A stretch of 52,787 nucleotides of DNA, from contig CADECO010000004.1 of the NCBI GenBank assembly GCA_902825905.1, positions 1-52,787 on the forward strand, written 5' to 3'. The translations under genes and the position numbers were made by a program. The DNA is from an uncultured beta proteobacterium (lineage in GTDB: Bacteria; Pseudomonadota; Gammaproteobacteria; Burkholderiales; SG8-39). Within the stretch, counting starts at the first letter, position 1; every line of letters begins with the position of its first letter. Positions 1-9,403 of this stretch are shown piece after piece. Under the pieces are notes generated by a model. That model was not told the origin of the DNA. It did no database searches and was given only the letters and a program-made list of their open reading frames with translations.

Positions 1-173
1 AGTCGCGCGGCTTCTTCGACAAGTCCTTCCGCTTGGGCGAGTCCGACCTGCCCACCCGCTTGCGCATCGAGGCCGAGGCCGCCGACGCCGAGCGACAGGC
101 CGCGCGCGCCCTCATCGAACTCGGCGCAGCGATCTCCGCGTGGCGGCAGGCCCTGGGCCTTCTGCCGCAGTGA
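1..173 (+). CDS. 3' end of an ORF entering from upstream (partial). The tail is compatible with an outer-membrane factor (TolC/CzcC-type) of the downstream RND cluster.
   Basis: Frame 3 is open from the window edge to TGA at 171-173 (...RLGESDLPTRLRIEAEAADAERQAARALIELGAAISAWRQALGLLPQ*). The Ala/Arg-rich helical tail ends in ALG.., as in OMF C-termini, and it sits directly upstream of the MFP/RND genes. It is absent from the ORF track because it has no start in the window. Confidence 0.35.
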   Translation, partial: SRGFFDKSFRLGESDLPTRLRIEAEAADAERQAARALIELGAAISAWRQALGLLPQ

Positions 174-244
174 GCCGACGGGACACGCCCTCAGCACACG
201 CACCCACGCACACGCTCAGCGAACCCATTCAGGAATCCGATCCC

Positions 245-805
245 ATGAAGTCCTCCCACTCCTTGGCCGCACTCAGCCTCGCGGCCATGCTGCTCGCTAC
301 CGTCCTGCCGGCCATCGCCGGCGAGGGCCATGACCACGGTGACGCGGCCTCCGCCGCCACCGGCACGGCGCTGCCGCGCTTCGCCGCGGTGTCCGAGACC
401 TTCGAGCTCGTCGGCGTGCTCGACGGCAAGCAGATCACGCTCTACCTCGACCGCTTTGCCGACAACGCCCCCGTACGCGGCGCGCAGATCGAGCTCGAGA
501 TCACTGGGGCCCAGTTCAAGGCCGAGGCCCACGGCGACGACGCCTATAAGGTGGTGCTCAAGGAAGCACCCAAGCCCGGCGTGCTGCCGATCACCGCGAC
601 CGTGACCGCTGGGGCGGAGGTCGATCTACTGGCCGGCGAACTCGACCTGCACGAGGCCGCCCATACCGACGAGTCCGCGCATAAACATTCGTGGAAGGAG
701 GTCGGCGGATGGGCCGCTGGCGGCCTGACAGTCCTTGCCGTCCTCGTGTTCGGCGGGAGACGCCTGATGGCCGCCCGCCAGATCCGCGCCGGAGGTGCAG
801 CATGA
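245..805 (+). CDS. Secreted, C-terminally membrane-anchored His-rich accessory protein of the RND cluster (function unknown)
   Basis: ORF 140..805 trimmed to ATG 245 (signal peptide MKSSHSLAALSLAAMLLATVLPAIA). Mature N-terminus is GEGHDHG. C-terminal hydrophobic helix GGWAAGGLTVLAVLVFGG. The stop overlaps the next start (ATGA at 802-805). Confidence 0.6.
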   Translation: MKSSHSLAALSLAAMLLATVLPAIAGEGHDHGDAASAATGTALPRFAAVSETFELVGVLDGKQITLYLDRFADNAPVRGAQIELEITGAQFKAEAHGDDAYKVVLKEAPKPGVLPITATVTAGAEVDLLAGELDLHEAAHTDESAHKHSWKEVGGWAAGGLTVLAVLVFGGRRLMAARQIRAGGAA

Positions 806-1920
806 AGCGCGCTTCGACGCATCGCCTGGCTTCGATCGGCGTGGTGCTGGCACTCGTCGGCCCACTGAACACGCAGGCCGGTGAAGGCCATAACCACGGC
901 GAGGCGCCCGCTGGGCCCAGCGCGAACGGCCCACAGCGCCAGCCTGGCGGCAGCGTCTTCCTACCCAAGCCGGCACAGCGCCAGCTGGTTGTGCGCACGA
1001 TGGTGGCTGCGGAGGCCGAGCTGCCGCGCTCGTTCGAATTAAACGGCAAGGTGCTGATGGACCCGAATGCGGGTGGCAAGGTGCAGCCGCTGAACGCCGG
1101 GCGCATCGAGCCCGGTCCGCGGGGCCTGCCGAATCCCGGGCAAGCGGTGCGCAAAGGCGAGGTGCTGGCCTATGTGGTGCCGTCAACCGCGCCCCTCGAG
1201 CGCTCGAACCAGTCGGCGCAACTGGCCGAGTTGCGCGCGGCCAAGTCGCTCGCCGAGAAGCGCGTGGCGCGGCTGAAGGAACTCTCGGATACCGTGCCTC
1301 GCAAGGACATCGAGGCGGCCGAAAGTGAGGCGGCCAGTTTGGCCGAGCGCATCGCGGCGGTCGGTGGAGGTCTCGCGACGCGCGAGGCCCTGGTCGCCCC
1401 AGTGTCGGGTGTGATCGCCTCAGCCCATGTGGTCGCCGGCCAGGTGGTAGACGCCCGCGAACTGCTGTTCGAGATCATCGACCCGGGCCGTTTGCGCATC
1501 GAGGCGCTGGCCTTCGAACCGGCGCTGGCAGCCGACGTCGGCAGTGCCTCGCTGGCGGTGGGTGACCAGCGTGTGCCGCTGGAGTATCTGGGCGCAGCGC
1601 GCAGCCTGAGAGAGCAGGCCCTGCCGCTGAGTTTCCGCGCCCAGGGAGCGGCCCTGAACAGCCTTGCCGTCGGACAGCCCGTGCGCGTCTTCGTGCAGAC
1701 GAAGCAGAAGGTCAAGGGCATCGCAGTCCCGGTCGCGTCGCTGATGAAGAATCCGGCCAACCAGACCGTCGTCTGGGTCAAGACCGCGCCCGAACGCTTC
1801 GAGCCCCGCACCATCATTGCCGAGGCACTCGATGGCGTAAGCGTCGCCGTCACATCGGGGCTGAAGGCTGGGGACCGCATCGCCACACAAGGTGCCACCC
1901 TGATCAATCAGGTGCGCTGA
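802..1920 (+). CDS. RND efflux periplasmic adaptor (membrane fusion protein, HlyD/CzcB-like)
   Basis: ORF 691..1920 trimmed to ATG 802 (signal MKRASTHRLASIGVVLALVGPLNTQA). Mature N-terminus is GEGHNHG. It has a coiled-coil hairpin segment (AQLAELRAAKSLAEKRVARLKEL...EAESEAASLAERIAA) and barrel segments (PVSGVIASAHVVAGQVV). There is a 1-nt gap to the pump gene. Confidence 0.85.
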   Translation: MKRASTHRLASIGVVLALVGPLNTQAGEGHNHGEAPAGPSANGPQRQPGGSVFLPKPAQRQLVVRTMVAAEAELPRSFELNGKVLMDPNAGGKVQPLNAGRIEPGPRGLPNPGQAVRKGEVLAYVVPSTAPLERSNQSAQLAELRAAKSLAEKRVARLKELSDTVPRKDIEAAESEAASLAERIAAVGGGLATREALVAPVSGVIASAHVVAGQVVDARELLFEIIDPGRLRIEALAFEPALAADVGSASLAVGDQRVPLEYLGAARSLREQALPLSFRAQGAALNSLAVGQPVRVFVQTKQKVKGIAVPVASLMKNPANQTVVWVKTAPERFEPRTIIAEALDGVSVAVTSGLKAGDRIATQGATLINQVR

Positions 1921-1921
1921 C

Positions 1922-4900
1922 ATGTTCAAGTGGCTACTCGACAACAGCCTGACGAACCGGCTGCTGGTGATCATCGCCAGCGTCGTTCTGATGGCCTATG
2001 GCGCGTTCACGCTGTCGCGCACGCCGGTGGACGTGTTTCCCGACCTCAACAAGCCGACCGTCACCATCATGACCGAGGCCGGCGGCATGGCCGCCGAGGA
2101 GGTGGAGCAGCTCATCACCTTCCCGCTGGAGACGACCATGAACGGTCTGCCCGGCGTGGAGAGCGTGCGCTCAACCTCGTCGGCCGGCCTGTCCTTCCTC
2201 TACGTCACCTTCGACTGGAGCACCGACATCTTCCGCGCCCGGCAACTGGTGTCGGAGCGGCTGTCCTCGATGGAAGAAGGCATCGCCGAAGGCGTGGTGC
2301 CGCGCATGGGCCCGATCAGCTCGATCATGGGCGAGATCATGCAGATCGCCATTCCGGTCGATCCGAGCAAGATCAGCCCGATGGCCGTGCGCGAGTACGC
2401 CGACTGGGTGCTGCGACCGCGCCTGATGTCGGTTCCGGGTGTGGCGCAGGTCATCCCGATCGGCGGCGAGGTGCGGCAGTTCCAGGTGCAGCCGAACACG
2501 GCGCGCATGGCGGAGCTGGGCATCACCCACGACCAGCTGGAGTCGGCGTTGAAGGGCTACTCGTCGAACACCTCGGGTGGCTTCCTAGAGCTGAGCGGGC
2601 GCGAGTACCTGATCCGGAACCTCGGCCGAACGTCCCGGCTCGATGATCTGAAGAACCTCGCGCTCGCGGCCAAGAGTGGCCAACCCATCCTGCTGCGCCA
2701 GATCGCCGAGGTGACTTTCGCCGCGGCACCCAAGCGCGGTGATGCCGGGTTCGATGGCAAGCCGGCGGTGATCCTTGGCATCCAGAAGCAGCCGACCGCC
2801 GACACCATCGCGCTGACGAAATCTATCGAAGACGCGCTGGTCGGGTTGAAGGCGTCGCTGCCGGCCGGCATGGAGGCGCCGCGCGTGACCTTTCGTCAGG
2901 CCAGCTTCATCGAGGCCTCGATCACCACGCTGCAGGGCAAGCTGATCGGCGCCTCGGTTTTCGTGGCGGTGATCCTGTTCTTCTTCCTCGGCACTGTGCG
3001 GCCAACCGTCATCGCGCTGACGGCCATTCCGGTGTCGATCCTCATCACCGCGCTGGTCTTCAAATACTTCGGGCTGTCGATCAACACGATGACGCTGGGC
3101 GGCCTGGCCATCGCCATCGGCGGTCTGGTCGATGACGCCGTGGTGGGCGTCGAGAACGTGTTGCGGCGGCTGAAGGCCGACCGGGCCAACCATCCGAACA
3201 GCCGGTTGAACCCCATCGAGATCGTCGCGCACGCGACGATGGAGGTGCGATCAGCCATCCTCTACGCGACGGTCATCATCGTGCTCGTCTTCATCCCGCT
3301 GTTCGCGCTGCCGGGGCTGGAGGGCAGGCTGTTCGTGCCGCTGGGCATCGCCTTCATCGTCTCGACGCTGGCCTCGCTGATCGTCTCGGTGACGGTGACG
3401 CCGGTGCTCAGCTTTTACCTGCTGCCGCGGATGAAGAACCTGGACCACGGTGACACCAAAGTCCTGGCCTGGCTGAAGGCGCGTTATCGCAGCAGCCTGC
3501 AGAACGTGCTGGATCGGCCGAAGGCCGCCATGGCGGCGGCCGGTGTGGCCGTGCTGGTGGCCGCAGTGGCGGTGCCCTTCTTCCCGACGACCTTCCTGCC
3601 GCCGTTCAACGAGGGCTCGCTGCTGATCGGCCTGCGGTTGAACCCGGGCGTCACGTTGACGGAGTCCTCGGCCTTGGCACGCCAAGCCGAGGTATTGGTC
3701 AAGCAGGTGCCCGAGGTCACGCACGTCGGCCGTCGCAGTGGCCGGGCCGAACTGGACGAACACGCCGAAGGTGTGCACGTCAGCGAACTCGATGTCGGCC
3801 TCAAGCCCACTGCCGAGCTGACACGCAGCATGGACGAGATCAAGGCCGACATCCGCAAGCGCTTGGTGAACCTGCCCGCCGCGCTGGAGATCGGCCAGCC
3901 GATCTCGCACCGCATTGACCACATGCTCTCGGGTGTGCGCTCGCAGATTGCGATCAAGATCTTCGGCGAGGACCTCGATGCACTGCGCGGCCAGGCGGAT
4001 GCGTTGCGCGCCAGACTGGCCAAGATACCCGGCATCGCCGACCTGCAAATCGAGAAGCAGGTGCTGGCGCCGCAGATCAAGGTGCGCATCGACTACGCCG
4101 CGGCGGCGCAGTACGGCGTGCCGGCGCCGCAGGTGCTGTCGGCGCTGCAGGCACTGGTCGAGGGCGAGAAGGTCACCCAGATCGTCGAGGGCAGCCGGCG
4201 CTTCGCACTGGTCGTGAAGCTGCCCGAGTCGGCGCGCTCGGTCGAAGGCCTGGGCCAGATCCTGATCGAGACGCCGAACGGCCGCATCCCGCTATCGAAG
4301 ATCGCCACCGTCGAGGACGGTGACGGCCCCAACCAAATCAGCCGGGACGACGGCAAGCGGCGCATCGTGCTGTCGGCCAATGCGTCCGGGCGCGCGCTGT
4401 CGGAGATCGTGGCCGACATCCGCAAGGTGGTTGCCGAAACCAAACTACCCGAGGGTTACTTCATCACCTTGGGCGGCCAGTTCCAGGCGCAGGAGGAAGC
4501 CTCACGCCGAGTCGGCCTGCTGTCGATCGTGTCGCTGACGCTGATGTTCGCGGTGCTCTACAGCCGCTACAAGTCGGCGGCGCTGTCGGCGCTGATCATG
4601 GTGAACATCCCACTGGCTCTCGTCGGCGCGGTGATCGGCCTATGGCTGTCGGGCCAGCCACTGTCGGTGGCGGCCCTGGTCGGCTTCATCACGCTGGCCG
4701 GCATCTCGGTGCGCAACGGCATTCTGAAGGTCAGCCACTACATCAACCTGATGCGCTTCGAAGGTGAGTCCTTCGACCAGAAGATGATCGTGCGCGGCTC
4801 GCTGGAGCGGCTGAGCCCAGTGCTGATGACCGCGCTGGTGACGGCCTTCGCTCTCGCGCCGCTGCTGTTCGAGGCCGAGCAGCCCGGCACCGAGGTACTT

Positions 4901-5041
4901 CACCCGGTGGCCGTAGTGATCTTCTCCGGCCTCATCAGCTCGACCCTGCTCGACACCTTCCTCACGCCCGCGATGTTCTGGCTCTTCGGTCGCAAGCCGG
5001 CCGAAGCGCTGATGGACGGCAAGGACGCCGAGGCGCTGTGA
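1922..5041 (+). CDS. Heavy-metal-efflux (HME) RND inner-membrane pump, CzcA/CusA superfamily; substrate not assignable
   Basis: 1039-aa ORF with a 12-TM RND layout and two large periplasmic loops. N-terminus is MFKWLLDNSLTNRLLVIIASVVL and the TM4 motif is AIAIGGLVDDAVVGVENV. A by-eye alignment to the CusA paralog at 20657-23848 shows Met missing at two of the three CusA Cu(I)-site positions. Confidence 0.93.
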   Translation: MFKWLLDNSLTNRLLVIIASVVLMAYGAFTLSRTPVDVFPDLNKPTVTIMTEAGGMAAEEVEQLITFPLETTMNGLPGVESVRSTSSAGLSFLYVTFDWSTDIFRARQLVSERLSSMEEGIAEGVVPRMGPISSIMGEIMQIAIPVDPSKISPMAVREYADWVLRPRLMSVPGVAQVIPIGGEVRQFQVQPNTARMAELGITHDQLESALKGYSSNTSGGFLELSGREYLIRNLGRTSRLDDLKNLALAAKSGQPILLRQIAEVTFAAAPKRGDAGFDGKPAVILGIQKQPTADTIALTKSIEDALVGLKASLPAGMEAPRVTFRQASFIEASITTLQGKLIGASVFVAVILFFFLGTVRPTVIALTAIPVSILITALVFKYFGLSINTMTLGGLAIAIGGLVDDAVVGVENVLRRLKADRANHPNSRLNPIEIVAHATMEVRSAILYATVIIVLVFIPLFALPGLEGRLFVPLGIAFIVSTLASLIVSVTVTPVLSFYLLPRMKNLDHGDTKVLAWLKARYRSSLQNVLDRPKAAMAAAGVAVLVAAVAVPFFPTTFLPPFNEGSLLIGLRLNPGVTLTESSALARQAEVLVKQVPEVTHVGRRSGRAELDEHAEGVHVSELDVGLKPTAELTRSMDEIKADIRKRLVNLPAALEIGQPISHRIDHMLSGVRSQIAIKIFGEDLDALRGQADALRARLAKIPGIADLQIEKQVLAPQIKVRIDYAAAAQYGVPAPQVLSALQALVEGEKVTQIVEGSRRFALVVKLPESARSVEGLGQILIETPNGRIPLSKIATVEDGDGPNQISRDDGKRRIVLSANASGRALSEIVADIRKVVAETKLPEGYFITLGGQFQAQEEASRRVGLLSIVSLTLMFAVLYSRYKSAALSALIMVNIPLALVGAVIGLWLSGQPLSVAALVGFITLAGISVRNGILKVSHYINLMRFEGESFDQKMIVRGSLERLSPVLMTALVTAFALAPLLFEAEQPGTEVLHPVAVVIFSGLISSTLLDTFLTPAMFWLFGRKPAEALMDGKDAEAL

Positions 5042-5081
5042 TCTTTCCTGCGTTTCCACCCACCAACCTGAAAGGATCTCC

Positions 5082-5453
5082 ATGAAGACGCAAGCCCTTC
5101 TCGCCTCCCTCACCCTCGCCCTGGCCGGCGCGGCCTTCGCCGCAGGCAAGCACGATCACAAGCCACTGCACGGCGGCGTGGTGGTCGAGGTCAAGGACAT
5201 CGACTACGAACTGGTCGCCAAGCCGACCGTCATCCAGCTTCACCTGCGCGACCACGGCAAGGCAGTCGACGTGTCCAAGGCCAGCGCGAAGGTCACGCTG
5301 TTGACCGGTACCGAAAAACAGGAGGTTGAGCTGAAGCCGGCTGGCGACAAGCTCGAAGCCACCGGCAGCTTCAAAGTCGGCCCTGGGACCAAGGCTGTCG
5401 CGGTCGTGACCGTGGCGGGCAAACCGGCCACCGCACGCTTCACCATCAAGTGA
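5082..5453 (+). CDS. Small secreted protein trailing the RND pump (unknown function)
   Basis: Signal peptide MKTQALLASLTLALAGAAFA; mature N-terminus AGKHDHKPLHGG. The beta-rich body resembles the middle of the 245-805 product (YELVAKPTVIQLHLRDHGKAV vs FELVGVLDGKQITLYLDRFAD). Confidence 0.6.
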   Translation: MKTQALLASLTLALAGAAFAAGKHDHKPLHGGVVVEVKDIDYELVAKPTVIQLHLRDHGKAVDVSKASAKVTLLTGTEKQEVELKPAGDKLEATGSFKVGPGTKAVAVVTVAGKPATARFTIK

Positions 5454-5844
5454 CACACAGCCGCTGCATGAACAGCGCGAACATTGAACGCGCGGACCTG
5501 TGCCAACCCCGTCGAGCACCGGGTTGGCCTGGCTGTCGGCCGCCTGGCTCGACCTTCACCGCACTGTTCATCGGCGAGTAGCCCGGCGCTCTGACCGACT
5601 GTTCCAGGCCGTCAGCGTGAGGAAGTGGCCGCGCCTCGAATCTGACCTTCGATGAGCAGGCCGTGGCAGCGAAAGTCAGCTGTCATCGAAGCTCGGGAAC
5701 GCACAGAGACGGCCATGAGCCGCCGGACAGTGCGCGGCGCCCAAAGCGGTCGCTTCGACAAACTGGCTGGTTGCCGATACCATCGCTGCCACATGTAGAT
5801 TGCATCTTCAGGTCTAGTGCTATTCGCGCAGCCGGGATCCACAA

Positions 5845-6882
5845 GTGGCCAGTTCTGATCAGCTAAAAGCGCTAATAAAGTCGCACATTGCCCGCGATGA
5901 AGGGCAGTTCCTGTCCGTCGCCATGCAGGTCGCTGCGCACGAGGCGAAACTCGGCCATGGCAAGCTGGCGGAGGAGTTGCGCGAAATGATCGACGCGGCC
6001 AAGACGCGTCTGAGCCAAGACAATTCAGGCAAGCTAGTTGCGATTGCCGGTTCCGCCAAGCCACGCAGCGAACTCGCCGGCTTATTGACGGTTTCACATC
6101 CGCCGAACCGCCTCAGCGATCTCATCCTGGACAACGTCTCGGCGGGCCAACTGCGCCGGGTCGTTAGAGAGCAGCGCCAACTTGCCAGAATCAAGGAACA
6201 TGGGCTCGCGGCGCGCCGCAAGCTCCTCCTCGTAGGGCCACCAGGAACTGGAAAGACAATATCGGCCGCTGCACTGGCCGGCGAACTGGGCCTGCCGTTG
6301 TTTCTGGTCCGGCTCGATTCCCTGATCACAAAGTTCATGGGCGAGACCGCGGCCAAGCTTCGGCAAGTATTCGATGCAGTGGCCGACATGCGCGGGGTCT
6401 ACTTCTTCGACGAGTTTGATGCCATCGGGTCTCAGCGTGGCCTGGGCAACGACGTGGGTGAGATCCGACGTGTGCTGAACAGCTTTCTGCAGATGATCGA
6501 GCAGGACCACTCGAACAGCCTCATCATCGCCGCAACCAATCACCCTGAAGTGCTCGACTACGCCTTGTTCCGACGGTTCGATGACGTGGTGGAGTACCGG
6601 CTACCCACGCTCGAACAAGCCTGCGATCTAATTCGTTCTCGGCTTGGTTCATTCGCTCCCCGTCAGTTCAAAAAAGGCAAGTGGGTCGAGCAGGCCGAAG
6701 GCCTGAGCCATGCCGAGATCAGTCGCGCGGTTGACGCGGCCGTCAAGGATACGATCTTGCATGACCAGACGATAGTGCAACCAGCCGAACTGGGGCGAGC
6801 GTTAGAGGAGCGCCGACTCATCACTGCAAGGCTGGCGCAGAACAAGCACTCGTCCAGCCATGCCGGAACAGCCACAAGATAG
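5845..6882 (+). CDS. Single-domain AAA+ ATPase (IetA-like partner of the downstream S8 protease)
   Basis: Walker A GPPGTGKT (6235-6258), Walker B VYFFDEFD (6397-6420), and a sensor region IIAATNHPEVLD. GTG start. Its 3' end overlaps the next ORF by 23 nt. Confidence 0.85.
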   Translation: MASSDQLKALIKSHIARDEGQFLSVAMQVAAHEAKLGHGKLAEELREMIDAAKTRLSQDNSGKLVAIAGSAKPRSELAGLLTVSHPPNRLSDLILDNVSAGQLRRVVREQRQLARIKEHGLAARRKLLLVGPPGTGKTISAAALAGELGLPLFLVRLDSLITKFMGETAAKLRQVFDAVADMRGVYFFDEFDAIGSQRGLGNDVGEIRRVLNSFLQMIEQDHSNSLIIAATNHPEVLDYALFRRFDDVVEYRLPTLEQACDLIRSRLGSFAPRQFKKGKWVEQAEGLSHAEISRAVDAAVKDTILHDQTIVQPAELGRALEERRLITARLAQNKHSSSHAGTATR

Positions 6883-9403
6883 GCGCCCGCACCTTGTTCT
6901 GACGAACACGTCAGCGGCGCGGTCCTTCACCGCCCCGTCGCGTGGTGGCGGCACTAACGCCGATGTGCCTGCTCGAGATCGTGCGCAGCACGGGGCGGCG
7001 TTGAAGGCACAGATCGACGCCCTCAAGCCCGTGGCCGAGCAGGCGGTGACCACGCAGCGAGAACAGGGGCTCCAAAGCGGTCTTGGGCTCCAAGTCCAGT
7101 TCGTCAGCGTGCCTGATGTAGAGCTGGCGTTCGAGAGTCTCGGCAGCGAAGTGGGCAGGGATCCGAAGAGGAAGATCGAGGTCCTGAGCGTATGGGACGA
7201 GGCTGGCACGACATACGCCAACGTCTTTGTTCCTGACGGGAAGCTAGACCACTTTGAGCGGTACGTTGCTGATTACGTCACCGAGCGCAAGAAGGCCAAC
7301 GGCCACGCTCTCGATCACCGAGAACTACTCGACGCCATCTCGTCGATCCGGAAAGCAGAGCTTCGCGCTCTTTGGACTGATGACGCAGCGCTGTTCCCAC
7401 AAGACTCTAACGAGTCGTTCTGGTGGGAGGTCTGGCTTCCCGTTCGCGGGAGCCGCGATGTCGTAGTCGCCGACTTCCGCAAGCTCGCCGCGCTTTCAGG
7501 CTGCGAGGTCAGCGAGCGCAAGATCAACTTTCCAGAACGGACGGTCCTCGTCATGTACGGCTCCCAAGAGCAACTTGGTGCCTCGGTCATGACGCTGAAC
7601 TGCGTGGCCGAGCTGCGCCGCGCAAAGGAGACCGCCGACTTCTTCGACGGCATGACGCCGCTAGAGCAGCAGGGGTGGGTTGACGACGCTCTTGCGCGAA
7701 TGCGCGTTGCGCCCGCACACGACTCGACACCACGTGTGTGCCTGCTGGACTCGGGTGTCAATCGCGCGCACCCGATGCTCAAGCCTCTCATCGCCGACAC
7801 CGACCTCCACACCGTGAATCCGGCATGGGGCGTTGACGACACGGCCAATCACGGAACGGGCATCGCCGGCCTGGTCGCGCTGGGGGACTTCACGGACGCG
7901 CTCGAGTCCGCAGATCCGTTGGTCGTCCAGCATCGGATCGAATCCGTAAAGCTTACCCCTGAGCAAGGCGCCAACGCTGGTGATTCGCGACAGCACGGCT
8001 ACCTGTTCGGCGAGGCGGTATCAAGGCCAGAGATCGCCGCACCCGAGCGCCCACGCGTCTTCACGTCGGCCGTGACGTCCAGTGATGATCGCGATCGTGG
8101 CCGCCCCTCGGCGTGGTCCGCTACGGTGGATCGCCTGGCATCGGACTACGACGGCAACGGCCAGTTTCCTCGCCTGTTTGTCTTGTGTGCCGGAAACACG
8201 GAGGATCCGCAATCTTGGGGCACATACCCTGCAAGCTTGGACACGAGCGGTATTCGTGACCCGGGCCAAGCTTGGAATGCTCTAACGGTCGGCGCGTACA
8301 CGGACAAGGTGCACATCACCGAGATGGACGCCCAAGAATACGCGCCGGTCGCATCGAAAGGCGGCCTTAGCCCCTACACGCGCACGTCGCTCACTTGGGA
8401 CAAGGCGTGGCCGTTCAAGCCCGACGTGGTGTTCGAGGGAGGGAACGCGGGCAAGGACGCTCTCGGCGCGATAGGAATCACCAGCCTCCACTTGCTCACC
8501 TCCAACAACCAACCGCTCCAGCGACTTCTGACGACGAGCAACGCCACGAGTGCAGCATCAGCGCTGGGCGCTCGGATGGCCGCGCAACTGATGACAGCCT
8601 ATCCCGCGCTGCGGCCAGAGACGATCCGCGCCCTGATCGCACACTCCGCGGACTGGACCGAGGCCATGCGAGCGGCTTACCTGCCAGCGCCAGGGCAGCC
8701 GACCAAGACCGACTACGTCAACCTAATCCGCCGCTGCGGCTGGGGCGTTCCCAGTCTCGAACGTGCTCTTTGGAGCGCAGGCAATTCACTGACCCTCGTG
8801 GTCGAGGACCAGTTGCACCCCTACAAGAAAGAGAAGGGGAAAGCGGTCGCTACACGCGACATGAACCTCCACTCGTTACCCTGGCCCAAGGAGCAACTGC
8901 TGGAACTGCCTCCCGACACCCAGGTGGAGATGCGCGTCACGCTGTCGTACTTCATCGAACCGAACCCTTCAGCACGTGGCACCTCGTCCAAGTTCCATTA
9001 CCCATCACACCGCCTGCGCTTCGACGTTCAGCGGCCGCTCGACGAGACGACCGAGGCCTTCGTCGCTCGACTCAACGCCGCAGCACTGCGCGAGGATGAA
9101 GGTGACCCCATCAATCCGAAGGACCCTGAGTGGATCCTGGGATGCACGAAGCGACACCGTGGTTCGCTGCATCAGGACATCTGGCGTGGAACCGCTGCCG
9201 CGCTTGCTAACCGCGGGTTCATGGCTGTGTACCCTGCCAGTGGTTGGTGGCGTACTCGTCCAGCCTTAGAGCGATATGACCTGGCTGCACGCTACAGCCT
9301 TATCGTTTCAATCCGGACGCCGGAAACGGATGTGGACATCTATGCCCCAGTCACCAACCTGGTGGCGGCGCAGGCCGGGGTCACTGTACTCGTGAATACC
9401 TGA
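6860..9403 (+). CDS. S8 (subtilisin-family) serine peptidase, cytoplasmic, with large N- and C-terminal extensions (IetS-like)
   Basis: Candidate catalytic triad: D in CLLDSGV (7748-7750), H in NHGTGIAG (7850-7852), S in NATSAASALGARMAA (8549-8551). No signal peptide (MPEQPQDRRPHLVL...). 847 aa. Confidence 0.85.
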   Translation: MPEQPQDRRPHLVLTNTSAARSFTAPSRGGGTNADVPARDRAQHGAALKAQIDALKPVAEQAVTTQREQGLQSGLGLQVQFVSVPDVELAFESLGSEVGRDPKRKIEVLSVWDEAGTTYANVFVPDGKLDHFERYVADYVTERKKANGHALDHRELLDAISSIRKAELRALWTDDAALFPQDSNESFWWEVWLPVRGSRDVVVADFRKLAALSGCEVSERKINFPERTVLVMYGSQEQLGASVMTLNCVAELRRAKETADFFDGMTPLEQQGWVDDALARMRVAPAHDSTPRVCLLDSGVNRAHPMLKPLIADTDLHTVNPAWGVDDTANHGTGIAGLVALGDFTDALESADPLVVQHRIESVKLTPEQGANAGDSRQHGYLFGEAVSRPEIAAPERPRVFTSAVTSSDDRDRGRPSAWSATVDRLASDYDGNGQFPRLFVLCAGNTEDPQSWGTYPASLDTSGIRDPGQAWNALTVGAYTDKVHITEMDAQEYAPVASKGGLSPYTRTSLTWDKAWPFKPDVVFEGGNAGKDALGAIGITSLHLLTSNNQPLQRLLTTSNATSAASALGARMAAQLMTAYPALRPETIRALIAHSADWTEAMRAAYLPAPGQPTKTDYVNLIRRCGWGVPSLERALWSAGNSLTLVVEDQLHPYKKEKGKAVATRDMNLHSLPWPKEQLLELPPDTQVEMRVTLSYFIEPNPSARGTSSKFHYPSHRLRFDVQRPLDETTEAFVARLNAAALREDEGDPINPKDPEWILGCTKRHRGSLHQDIWRGTAAALANRGFMAVYPASGWWRTRPALERYDLAARYSLIVSIRTPETDVDIYAPVTNLVAAQAGVTVLVNT

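Noticed and set aside
140-244. 35-codon N-terminal extension of the first accessory protein (GTG 140).
   Set aside because: The extension is Pro/Ala/Ser-rich and overlaps the end of the upstream partial ORF. A canonical signal peptide starts at ATG 245.
5503-5527. Hairpin CCAACCC-N11-GGGTTGG after the small periplasmic protein gene.
   Set aside because: The 7-bp stem has an 11-nt loop and no downstream T-tract, which is too weak to call a terminator.
5612-6097. 161-aa minus-strand ORF spanning the spacer and the 5' end of the AAA+ gene.
   Set aside because: It has Arg/Trp/Cys-rich shadow-frame composition and overlaps the well-supported ATPase ORF.
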